Of a DNA stretch of 64,000 nucleotides, positions 52,993 to 64,000 are shown piece by piece. Position numbers and translations under genes: made by a program. Numbering within the stretch: position 1 is the stretch's first letter; each line of letters opens with the position of its first letter. A model generated the notes under the pieces. It did no database searches and was not told the origin of the DNA. It worked only from the letters and a program-made list of their open reading frames with translations. Source of the stretch: Camelus ferus (Eukaryota); the NCBI RefSeq assembly GCF_009834535.1, contig NC_045730.1, positions 19,654,001 through 19,718,000 on the forward strand, in the 5' to 3' direction.

Positions 52993-53896
52993 ATGAGCAA
53001 CATGAAGAAGCAGAGGAACCACGCCCAATTAAAAGATCAAGAGAAATCCCCTGAAAGCATGACCAAGGAAATAAACATTGATGGCCTACTAGATCAAGAT
53101 TTCAAAAAAGGAGTGATTAAAGTACTGAAGGAAATAAAAGAAATAGTGTTTAGAGATATAAAATATGTCAAAACTGAAATAGAAGCTATAAAGAAGAACC
53201 AAGTAGATAACTGGTAAACCCATTGGCTGAGATGAGAGCTAATCTAAAGGCTGTACAAAGCAGGCTAGATAATGCAGAGGAACGAATAAGTGACCTAGAA
53301 GACAGGACAACAGAAAGCACCCAATCAGAACAGCTGAGAGAAAAACAAATAAAAAAACAATGAAAACAATATAAGGGACCTATGGGATAATATAAAGCAT
53401 GACAATCTATGCATAATGGGGGTTCCAGACAGGGAAGAAAGAACAAAAGGGATTGAAAAGGTATTTGAAGAAATCATGACTGAAAACTTCCCAAACCTAA
53501 AGAAGGAATCAGATATCCAAGTACAGGAGGCTCAGAGGGTCCCAAACAGGAAGAACCCAAACAGACCCACATCAAGACATATCATAATTAAGATGGCCAG
53601 AGTCAAGGATGAAGAAATGATCCTAAAGGCAGCAAAAGAAAAACAGAGTGAGTTACAAGGGAACCCCCATAAGGCTCTCAGCTGATTTCTCTACACAAAC
53701 ACTACAGGCTAGAAGGGAGTGGCAAGATATTTTCAAAGTCCTGAATGAAAAAAAGATGCAGCCTAGGATACTCTATCCAGCAAGGATATCCTTTAGAATA
53801 GAAGGAGAGATAAAGAACTTCACAGACAAGCAAAACCTAAAAGAGTTTAGCAACACTAAATCCATGCTAAAAGAAATATTGACAGGTCTACTTTAA
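52993..53896 (+). pseudogene. Disrupted LINE-1 ORF1p (coiled coil, RRM, CTD)
   Basis: Split across track ORFs 52915-53217, 53416-53685 (FEEIMTENFPNL..IQVQEAQRVPNR..PTSRHIIIKM) and 53648-53896 (YKGTPIRLSADFS..LQARREWQDIFKVL..QPRILYPARISF), so it carries frameshifts and stops. Confidence 0.93.
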
Positions 53897-54193
53897 ATAG
53901 AAAAGAAGCAAGATGCTACAAAAATGAGAAACTCAGAACTGGAAAGGTGATAACTACCATGAACTACAAAAAGAATAAACACAAAATTGTAAAAGAAGAT
54001 ATCTAAATCATTAGGAGTGGGAGAAGGAAGCAAGGAAAGCCACTGTGGAAAACAGTATGGAGATTCCTCAAAAGACTAGGAATAGACTTACCATGTGACC
54101 CAGGAATCCCACTCCTGGGCTTATATCCAGAAGGAACCCTACTTCAGGATGACACCTGCACCCCAATGTTCATAGCAGCACTATTTACAACAG

Positions 54194-54334
54194 NNNNNNN
54201 NNNNNNNNNNNNNNNNNNNNNNNNNNNNNNNNNNNNNNNNNNNNNNNNNNNNNNNNNNNNNNNNNNNNNNNNNNNNNNNNNNNNNNNNNNNNNNNNNNNN
54301 NNNNNNNNNNNNNNNNNNNNNNNNNNNNNNNNNN
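54194..54334. other. Assembly gap, 141 N
   Basis: N run inside the L1 3' region. Confidence 0.99.
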
Positions 54335-57300
54335 TGCCATTCTAAGTGAAGTAAGCCAGAAAGAGAAAGAAAAATACCATATGAGATCACTCATATGTGG
54401 AAGCGAAAAAAAATAAATAAATACAGAACAGACTCATAGACATAGAATACAAACTTGTGGTTGCCAAGGGGGCAGGGGGTGTGAAGGGACAGACTGGGAT
54501 TTTAAAATGTAGAATAGATAAATAAGATTATACTGTATAGCACAGGGAAATATACACAAGATCTTGTGGTAGCTCACAGAGAAAAAAATGACAATGAATA
54601 TATATATATGTTCATGTATAAGTGAAAATTTGTGCTCTACACTGGAATTTGACACAACATTGTAAAATGACTATTACTCAATTAAAAAATGTTAAAAAAA
54701 AAAAAGCATATTGCAATTACCAGCAATCTTCTTGAATACTGTTCCTTTGGACTTTATACCAGGTAATGTGAATAATGAAACAATCTTTCAGAAATATTTT
54801 GCCAAATCTGCTTTCAGATATAATTGTTATGAAATTAATGAAAAACTGAGCTATGAAACAAAGTCAAGTTTATACTGAAATGAATCACAAAGGAATTCTT
54901 AATTTGAAGAACCGAAGTGAAAAAATAGTATTCTCTACATTGCATCAGCCAGAAGAGCCATCACCTTAAACTACAACTGATTCCGTATGCTTAACAATGA
55001 ATTGTACAGAATAATCTCAGATACGACCATGAGCTGAACGTTTATCTTCATCACCTGAGAGCTCTCCTGCTACAGTAAGAAGAAACAAAGGCATCCCTGG
55101 AGACAGTTTTAACTGGGACTAGCAACACTGCAGATCTCAGCCAGAAGTTTACTGGGAGGTATTCGGCAAGATGCAATGAATAGAAAAACACTTCCAACCT
55201 GAGTACAAGTGACTGCTGCTTTGCAACAAGGAGACAACAGCAGGAGAAGACCACAGGTAGAACACTGCAAATGTTCAAAAGGAAGGATACAACGGAACAG
55301 ATGAATCTTCTGTTATCAGTCACAGTTTATTTGAACTATTAAAAAATAAAAAGATAAAATAACTGCATACATATTTCTGGAGATTTTTCTTCTGAATTTT
55401 CTCACAATTATGTCAGTACTCAGAAAAGGAGAAGGAACAATTTAGAAGAATAAACTTGATGAGGCAGTATGTTGATGTGAAAACAAAACTAACAATTAGG
55501 TTAACTACTTTAAACATTTCCTAGGAGTTCAAATAAAAAATGTTTTTCCCACTGGCTTTGTAACACTTTAAGTTAAAAAAAGGTTATTAGTTATTACCAT
55601 AGCATAGAAAGCAACCTGATATAGCTCAAATTAGATTTCACAAAGGAGTCCAACAGGTTCCTTCATTTTGTTTACTCTAGTTTTTTGTTTTAAATAAGTT
55701 ATACCAACTGCTCTTTTGCAGTTTTGCTGGTAGAGACCTAATATGAACAAGAACTATCACTGTGGAAATAAGCCTGAGGTGAGGGTGGGAAACCCTGTAC
55801 ACATAGAAGGTTTTAAAATAAGTATTTCACCTAAGTTTATTTTTCATTGTGTAATAAAGAACTTTCAGACAGACTGTTCTATCTCCATGAAGAATGTAAA
55901 GTGGACTTCATCCTAGTATTCTATGAAAAGCCACAAGAATGAATGGAAGCAGAGAAATAGCAAAGTACAAAGTCAGCCAGACCAGACACTAACAGACACA
56001 TTTAGACCAGGGGACCCGGAGAGCCAGGAGAGCATGGCTTTCCACAAACTGAGCTGTCCGAGCGGTGAGGGCACCCATCACTATAATGACGCTGGCCGTG
56101 ATTCAGGAGGAAGCGTACTAAGCACCAGGGCACTTCACATTCACAAACCCACCTGCTTTGAAACCTACACAACCTGAGTTCACTCAGTGAGGAAGAGCCA
56201 CTGTCACACTCTCTCCTGTTGGTGATCAGTGTAAACACACCAGGCTTTGTCGGGAAAGAGACGCTGCAGCCAGAGGGTGATAAATGGGTTTCAATGAAAC
56301 TATTTCCACCTATTTTCCACTGGAGAACAATGGGGCCTGCCTCGAGGACTGGGGTCAGTTCAGCACAGGTCAGACCAGCTTACGAGTTCCCTCATCGTGG
56401 CTGTTGTCTCACCACTCCCATAGTTGGGGCTCCCTGGACTGACCTTCTTGAATTAAGGAGCCTGCCTCTCCAGAACAGAAGAAGTGCCACTTCCTCCCCC
56501 TCCTTAACCCTTAACTGACCCATTCCCAAGGCCTACTGTCCTCAGCGGCTGCCAGCAGAGTTAGCAGTCCCAGGAGATGGGGGTTGGAGGCAGGCTCCTG
56601 CCCAGCTCCCCAGCCACTGCTGCAGGACAAGCTTTGGTCAGCTTCCCTTTCTTCTTCTCTCTGGTCTCTACACATCCACAAGCAACCCAGGCTGCCACAT
56701 GCACCAGTGACAAACACAATGACACACGCACTTCTGAGAAAGTCATTGCTCTAAACTAAACTCTGCTTCATAACCCTAAAACCCACTCCCTGGGAACCTC
56801 TCATTTACTTAATTCAGGAATAACCACAAGTCATGCAGGCTTCAACACAACCAAAGAAGGGAGGTCTGGATACCCCTACAGACTGGACAAAATTTAACTG
56901 CAAGTTCTTACCTAGTAATTTGAACATAAAGTCATTTCTCAAAACATGCCTGTTTTAATGAGCTACATTATAGGCTGAAAACATACACACACAAACCATC
57001 TGAAGAAAACAGAACACACACAAACCATCTAAGGAAAACTGTGCATTATTCCTTTTTCCCTGTGAATAAAAACAACTTGCTGGATTCGTCATCCGTCTTC
57101 TTCCAATAAGGGAGAAAACACAGAGAAATATTTTCTGTTGAAACACACAAAACACTCATTTTAAGACAATGAGAGGTTTTCCCCTAGTCTTCCTGGAATT
57201 TAATATCCATATGGCTTTTTCAAATGAATGTATAAGAATTTAGAAAAATGTTATTTCTTTACACCTCTATTTTTTGTTTCCATACAGGTAGACACCAGAG

Positions 57301-57679
57301 CCCTTAAAACAAATATTTTTCAGTTGTGAAATGTGATTTTTCTGGTCCTAAATCATAAAATGCTACATCTACTAGGATAGTAACAGAGGGGCAGCTGTGG
57401 TGGTAACTAAAGGATTGCTTACTGTCTAAACAAGAAAATAAAATAAATAAATAAATATATAGTTAATTTATAATTAAATTATAATAAAAAAAATTTCCCA
57501 TTTATTCCAAAGCTCTTTACTAGAGTGAAGGGTTACAGAAAGTGCTGGCGGCCTGACTTCATTAGCATGTTTATCTCACTATTATATGTGGTAAACTTGA
57601 CAGATACGTGAAAGCACAGTTGTGACTAAATTAAAACAGATTTAAAAGAAATAAAAAATAAACTGGGCAAAGAACTTTA

Positions 57680-57790
57680 CCTACAGCATCTCATTTAACC
57701 CTCACAACAGTACATGATGATTGTCATCATCCCCATTTACATATAGGTAAACTGAGGCCCAGAAGAGAAACTTCCTTGCCTGAGCTCCCT
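57680..57790 (-). mobile_element. MIR SINE fragment
   Basis: catctcatttaaccctcacaac...catccccatttacatataggtaaactgaggcccaga. Confidence 0.75.
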
Positions 57791-58765
57791 CCGTATTATG
57801 GGCAGAATAGGTCTCTGGACCCTATACTTTTATTTCATCTTACCAAGTCTGAGCAATAAATTAGATCTTAAAGGTTGCTCTATGCTGCCTTTTCATTATG
57901 TTTTATTATGGGGTGAAAAAAATAGTTAACAGTCTTACTGTTATTATTTATTAATTGATTCTAATACTGGCCCAAATCAGGAAGGGGTATATGACAGTGC
58001 TTTCCTTCACTAAGAGACCCTAAACAATTCCAAATAGAACACAGCATGAACAAGGATTTACTTTGCCCTGACTTTAAACCCTTTAAACTGTTATAAAGGG
58101 AAACTGTTTTAAATGAGAACTCTTTCTGCTAGTGTCTTGCTCTACACCAGCCTATTAAAAAACACAAAAATGAAGGAGAGGGTTACCGTCCTCTGGAAGT
58201 AGTAAAGCTATACAGAACAATGTTCTTTACTTCCTGTCTGGCATGTAAACCCGTGTCTCCAAAGGCAAACAATTACGTGCCAGAATGCTTTGAGCACCTT
58301 AACATGTGTCAGAGACACTGTCATCTAAACCAAAACCTGAGTCGCACAAATCTAAGAAATCAACAATTCTGAATGTGGCCTGGTGACGCCATCCCCAACA
58401 AGACCTGGAAACTATCCCGCATCCCTTCAACTTCGGGGTGAGCGCTCCAACATCCAACAGTGGCGACAATTCCTACTTGACACCTGTATGCTGTTAACAC
58501 AGTGCTGAAGGCAGGGGCACACTTCAAAGACTCCTGAGAAGGAGACTTGTCTGCAGTTCTCAGCTCTGTGCAAACCTTTCACTCTCCTCCACGAAGACCA
58601 TCCCCACCTAACAGAGCAGGGCGACCTGATGCCCCTGATGATGATTTACTGAGGAGAAAGCAAAACACCAACAAAGTGAGAAAAACTCTCCTCCATTTAA
58701 CGTTTTCTATTCTTAATTCATTGTTTACAGTCCATTAAAAGCAGTGGGTGTACGTGTGTACTTAC

Positions 58766-58957
58766 ATGGAGGTATCAGGATCCAGTCTCCAAGCTCCATG
58801 AGCTCCAGAGCCATGACAAGAAAAGGTCCCGGGCTTATTTCCGCTGAATCAGCTCATGACAGACCAGGTCTGGAGGGCCTGCTAGACACTTTCTGCCCCC
58901 ACAACATGAGTCTGCAAGTCTGGGAACACAAGGTCAGTGACAACCATCCTGGCCACC
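58766..58957 (-). other. Candidate 192-nt spliced exon containing a possible start codon
   Basis: Acceptor gtgttcctgtctctgattctAG and consensus donor CAT|GTAAGT. ATG at 58814 (gtcATGG) reads MALELMELGDWILIPP plus 1 nt to the donor. No homology recognised and no expression data. Confidence 0.4.
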
Positions 58958-59499
58958 CTAGAATCAGAGACAGGAACACACGGCACTAAACACAGGGCAA
59001 GAGGCAGGCAGAGGAATGAAAGGCTAACCCACCTGTAATCCCCTGAAACCCAGTCCAGCTTCTTGACAAAAGGGAAGCAGAAATGGCATTGAACATCTAT
59101 CCCTCCAAGAACTGGGCTCCTTTTCTGCTCAGGAGTCACACAGACCTTATGCTCACAGGCAAGACTACTTCACTACGTGCACAAAGTACTTTTCAAATTT
59201 CACTTTAAATTCTCAGAATGGGGACTACATCTAGCTGTCTCCCTTAAAGTGCCCCCTGTCTTGTGGGGACAAGAAAAATCAACTGAGAAAGAGGTATCAA
59301 ACAAAGGCCATAACACACAGCCCACAACTTAAACGTTAAAATTTAATGCACTTTAAGTTGAAGACATATAGTTACATCCCAAACCTTTATAAGCCATGCA
59401 GCCTCTGGTGGGAGAGGAGTGTGCGGCACGAAAGGCTAGTTCTGTGATTACCCAGCTCAAATAATGGCTTCAAGTCCAAGGGGAAGGGCAGGTCCAAAC

Positions 59500-60230
59500 C
59501 CAGCGCTTCCTTGCCTGGAAGCTGCCGGCTGATTTCGGCAAGAGATGGAGGCAGGGGCCCTTGTGTGGGCCTCGGCCAGCAGCCCCATGCCCCCCGCACC
59601 CTGCGAAGTACCAGAGCGCCCCCTAGAACCCCACACACCGGCACTCCCCCACACCCCAGGCCCCCCTACACACCTGCTCCCCCTCACACCCCACACCCTC
59701 CACCGCCGAGCCCCCCACACGGCGGAGACAGAGGCGGCAGGCGGGGAGCCGCGGGCGTGCTCACCGGGAGGAAGGCCCAGATCACCCCGACTCTCAGGCT
59801 CCCTCAGGCCGGAGGGCCGATGCCGGCCCACGCGCGCCGAGGCAGCCCTGGCGAGGGACCTGCCGGTGGGTCTCCTCGGGGGCCACTGGGTCTGCGGCCC
59901 TCAGCCCGCCTCGTCCCTCCTGGGCCAGAGGCTGGGCGCCCGAACCCCAGCTGGCGGACCGTGGCCCCGCAGACGCCCACCGCCCTGAGGAAAGAGGAGG
60001 GCCTCCCCACGCGGGGCTCTAGTGCGCGGGCCTTGTTCTTTCACCTCCAGAGAGACCGGAAGGCTCGTCACACGTCCTCTCACGGTGATTAAAACCCTAC
60101 TTTCTCTCACAGTAATGCCGCGGGGTTGCAAGCCCAGAGGAAGCATTCCCGCCAGTTCATCCAGCAGCGGCCAGAATGCATGCTCTGTGGGGCGGAGGTA
60201 GGGATGGGGCAGTGCACGCGAGGCCTAGAG
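59500..60230 (-). promoter_or_regulatory. CpG island / probable promoter with a minus-strand first-exon donor at 59765
   Basis: Very GC- and CpG-rich compared with the AT-rich flanks; donor CCG|GTGAGC at 59765/59764; GC box (ggggcggagg, about 60190); no ATG seen in the roughly 230 nt upstream of the donor. Confidence 0.7.
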
Positions 60231-60458
60231 CGCATGCTCAGTGGAGTAGGGGGTTGGGGGATTGCACGTAAGGCCCAGAGGGCATGCTCCAGACAAATGG
60301 ACGTGCAAGGCAGGGGCTTGCTGGGAATAGAGGGAACACGTGCGAGGGAGGCATAGGTGGGGAGGGTATTGGGAACACGTGCGAGCTGGGTGGTCAGCTG
60401 CAGGCAATCAGGCCTGTGGAGTCCAGCTCACATGAGGAAAGGCCTCAGGCAGTATGGA

Positions 60459-60806
60459 TGTTGAGGACTGAATGTCTGTGTCCCCCAAATTCAGATGTTG
60501 AATCCTAATCTCTAAGGTACTAGCTATTAGATGGTAGGGCCTTTGGGAGATGATGCAGTCATGAGGGGGGAGCCCCCTGATGGGATTAGCACCCTGATAA
60601 AAAGAGACCCCCCCCCCCCACAGAGCTCCCTCCATGTATCAAGATGCAGAAATGCCATCTGTGAGCCAGGAAGTGGGTCCTGCTCAGATAATTTGCTGGT
60701 GCCTTGAACCTGGACTTCCAGCCTCCAGAACCCTAAGAAATCAACCTCTGTTACACCCCCCCCCCCAGTCTGTGGTGGTGTTATAGCAGCCCAAATAGAC
60801 TGAGAA
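60459..60806 (+). mobile_element. MaLR solo LTR (MLT1A-like)
   Basis: tgttgaggactgaatgtctgtgtcccccaaattcagatgttgaatcctaa...ctggacttccagcctccagaac...gttatagcagcccaaatagactgaga. Confidence 0.85.
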
Positions 60807-62571
60807 AATAGCCTGAAAGGGAAAGGATGAGAATAAAAATTCTCATGGCTTCAGACAATAACAGAATTTGGGCAAAGACTGACAAGACCAACCTAAAAAT
60901 TTCCAATCTACACGTAGACAGAACTAAATATAGCACATATGCAGAAAATGACAGATAACCTGTCACCTTAGAAATGATCCTGAAGAACCATAGATCAGGT
61001 TCAGCATCCCAAAGTCTCTCAGGCACTTTTATTTTCAATAATCCTTGAGTGAATAATTCTATAAAACCAAGAATCACAGCCTTACTAGCTCCACAGACCA
61101 GAGCTTCAGCGTAAGATGATGTGCACATCCTAAAAGTCTGATCGTAGGTTAAAGCAGAGGCAGTGAAAATCAGGTGCAGTCCACAGGGATGCACGAAGAC
61201 TGAGTAAACTAGATACTTCTAAACCAGCAACACCCTAACTTCCGCTGGGCTTACATAATGACTCTCCAAAGCACAACTAGAAGAATGGCATTCAAAACTG
61301 AGGGGTAATTACAAACAGTAAGTGCAAGGCCAGTGATAACACTTGTGGCCCTTAGAGAGAACTTGATCTACACCTAAGTACACTAATCGCCATACAAAAA
61401 TGTAGGGTAGAGGGGCTCTTGTTTCTTTGCTTTGCATTAAACATTCCTAACTGCCACATGAAGGGGAAAACAATTTGCTCAACCAGGAAACAAAGCTCTT
61501 TAAGAGACCTAGAAGGCCCCAGGGAGATAATACCCTCAAAGAAGGGTTATTAAATAAAAAGCAAAACAAAACAAAACATTGATACCATGATAGAAATGGC
61601 CCTACCACTAGAGAAAGGCTAGTGTCTCTACTACAACTACAAGAGTAAAATAGGCCCGAGGTCCAGCACAGCACCCTAAACCTACGTGGGGTCTTTCTTC
61701 AAGTTTTTTTCTAAGTTTCTACCTAATTAATTCTCAAAATGTCTCTGGGAGAGAAAAGAATTCAATTGTATTGCACTTCTTTTAACAAGTAAAGAAAATG
61801 AATGCACAGAGGTAAATTTCCACAAAGGTTAAAGATAGGGGTCAAGTACGGTACTGTATTGTTACAACTCTGAACTTTCTTCCAAATTCATCTAAACTGG
61901 CATGAGATTAGAGTGCAAGAATGTATTAGACCTATGAAAGTAAGTCATGTCCAAAATGGTGAACTCTACCCAGAACCTGCACAGCCAGAGCTCTAAAGGC
62001 CTGTGTTTGAAGCTGTCTGCATGACCAGCACTACAGTGATCTGCTCAGGGTCATGCCCTGGCCACTTGAAGAACCCAACCACATGAGAGAGGCTCAAGCT
62101 GGACTAGCTCTCCAGTGAAGTATGTTCTGTGGTCATCTGTATCCAGGCAAAATTCCAACACCTACATGATCTCAACTGCTCATCACAAATTCATCCACTT
62201 GTGCTGAACCGGCCAGGCTATGGGCTAATATTTGCAACTCATATACTTGTGTGGTTCTAAGAAAATTTTGGAACAAGAACCCCCAAGATCAGTTTCTGTT
62301 TACATAATATTTAGTAAACAAATTTTCACAAGTAAAATTTCTGCTGTGAAACACGAATTTTCAGGAGCCTTGACAAAATACAAAATGCACACAAATCCAC
62401 AGAAAACTTGTATTTAGCTTGGTTCCACATTCCAGACACTGCAGTTCCCAGGAACGTGTGGGTCTCAAAATAATAATAAGGTCCCATACACTAATACTAA
62501 GTCTTTGTTCCTGCTTCACAAACCATAAAACACTGCCTTGAAGCAGAAAAAATCCACACCCCCAGGGGCTG

Positions 62572-62750
62572 AAGGATGGTTAAGAGCATAAATTCTAAAG
62601 CCAGACTGCCCAGATCTGCCTCCCTGCTAACTTGAGACAAGTGACCTTAAACTCTCTCAACTCTAATTTCCTCACTAGTACAATGTGGATGATGACAGTA
62701 CCTCCCTCCTGGAGTAACGGGGGATAAAATGCTGTCAACATGGAATTCAC
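62572..62750 (+). mobile_element. MIR SINE
   Basis: tggttaagagca...gccagactgcc...caagtgaccttaaactctct...tttcctca..tacaatgtggatgatgacagtacctccctc. Confidence 0.75.
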
Positions 62751-64000
62751 CGGGGAATGCACAGTAAGAGTGCCAGCCATGTGATTAAGTACACAAAATC
62801 CACATCAAGGATTTACCAAAAAGCAAACAAAAGACTTACCCTTCTATAAAGGTCACTGCTCTTAACCACCTTTGAGGTGTTTAAACAACAAACACTGTTG
62901 AGTAGGCATGTGCAAAGGATTTGGTCTGTGACTCTCCAACTTCTCAGGAGAACCCCTGTCATCAAGCCTTCTCCACGTGACCCCTCCAGTCTCCAACCCT
63001 AGCCATGCAAGATGATGATGGACTAAGGGTTAGAGCTGCATGTCCAGGATTTAAATTACACACAGTAAGTCAGGGAAATCAGTGCTGCTCAAACCTCACT
63101 GTGCAGGTGACTCACCAATGATCTTGTCGAATGAAGATTCTGTCTTCCTGGGTCAAGAGCAAGACCTGAGGAACTGCATTTCCAGCAAGGTTGCCTGATG
63201 CTGCTTTCAGGTGAGGATGGGGGCTTGAGTGAAAATGTCACAGGAACTAAAACTAAATTCAGGGTTGGGGAAATGGGTTGCCTGAGCTCAGGCTCTTAGA
63301 CCCTCTCCTCAGAGAAATCTATGCCTAGACCCCCTCAGGAAAGGTCCTACATACAGAAACTGCCCTACAGGTAAGGTCCTCCAGGAGGCAGATCCAGACA
63401 CACAGGTTTCATGGTCTCAAATCCTGGCCACTGCCAAGGAGGAGTCCAAGGCACTGACAATCTTGAGCAGACAGGTGTGTCTGTCTGTTTATACCCTGAA
63501 GCTGCTGGTCAGAAGACTTCTTATTAAAAAAAAGACCAGTGCCTACCAGCCCCTCCAAAGCCACAGGCTCATACGCAGCCCGAAACTGAGGCTCCCACCC
63601 ACATCACTGACAAGAGCCTCTCCAAGCTACAAAGCTGTGTTTGCATCACACTCCAGAGTGTGGGGCCAGCTGCATGCCCCTAGACTGCCCAATCCACAGT
63701 CCCACTATTTTTTTTTTTTTTTGGCTTTTCTTTCAATGCAACACATCAAAACATAAAAATAAAACTCAACATAAAGTTATATTAAGGAAATCCATTTTTT
63801 CAGAAAGTAATTTAGGGTAAATTTTCCTGGAATTCTTGCTGTTCCTGTTTAGAATGATTTTTTTTTTAATTTGTGTTTTAAAATTAGCTTTTATTATGCT
63901 GTCTTCCCAATCTACTAAGACTCCAGAAAAAAAAAAAAAGATTATGAATTCCAATTCCATTTTATATCAAGTCAGAAATATGAGTTTCCGGAACATTATA

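Larger units (their letters stand above)
51877..54702 (+). mobile_element. LINE-1 with 5' UTR, ORF1 and 3' end but lacking almost all of ORF2 (about 2.8 kb), flanked by TSD
   Basis: 5' end gagagagaaacaagatggtggagtagaagg; ORF1 at 52993-53896; the inter-ORF spacer joins directly to the end of ORF2 (ccactgtggaaaacagtatggag) at 54039/54040; then 3' UTR and poly(A). TSD aaagcatagttgca (51863-51876) vs aaagcatattgca (54703-54715). Confidence 0.93.

Noticed and set aside
54900-55340. Strong minus-strand acceptor near 55337 followed by exon-like sequence
   Set aside because: All frames close quickly, no clear donor, and I could not identify a gene; it may be a UTR exon but I cannot support it.
59457-60146. 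Overlapping P/G/R-rich ORFs of 124-193 aa
   Set aside because: Expected by chance in a CpG island, where stop codons are rare.

Overview
This is mammalian (eukaryotic) genomic DNA, most likely a camelid, judged from the L1 3' tails and a short tRNA-derived SINE. It has no prokaryotic features: no CRISPR array, operon, rRNA or tRNA gene. The only protein-coding sequence I recognise is two minus-strand exons of DIP2C. One is the 72-nt exon 2 (12270-12199, GDITQKVYEKKRSKLIGAYLPQPP). The other is the 168-nt alternative exon that follows it (10632-10465, ANGAAVVQCRWQHSEGAPRR...PLFYFRF). Both keep GT-AG splice sites and reading frame but differ from DIP2C as I remember it, including G>V in the conserved ITQKGYEKKR motif. 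This is therefore either a diverged partial duplicate of DIP2C or intron 1/2 of the real gene. About 47 kb upstream on the same strand lies a CpG island with a first-exon-type donor (59765). Next to it is a 192-nt candidate exon (58957-58766) whose Kozak ATG ends in the phase needed to join DIP2C exon 2, which suggests a possible chimeric or alternative-promoter transcript (unproven). The rest is intron-like DNA rich in repeats: several L1s (one keeping both ends and target-site duplications but lacking almost all of ORF2, one with a 5' inversion), MaLR and ERV1 LTRs, MIR, L2, a MER58-like DNA transposon, simple repeats and three N gaps inside young L1s. Nearly all ORFs in the supplied track are spurious. 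Repeat family names and DIP2C comparisons come from memory, not from a database search.
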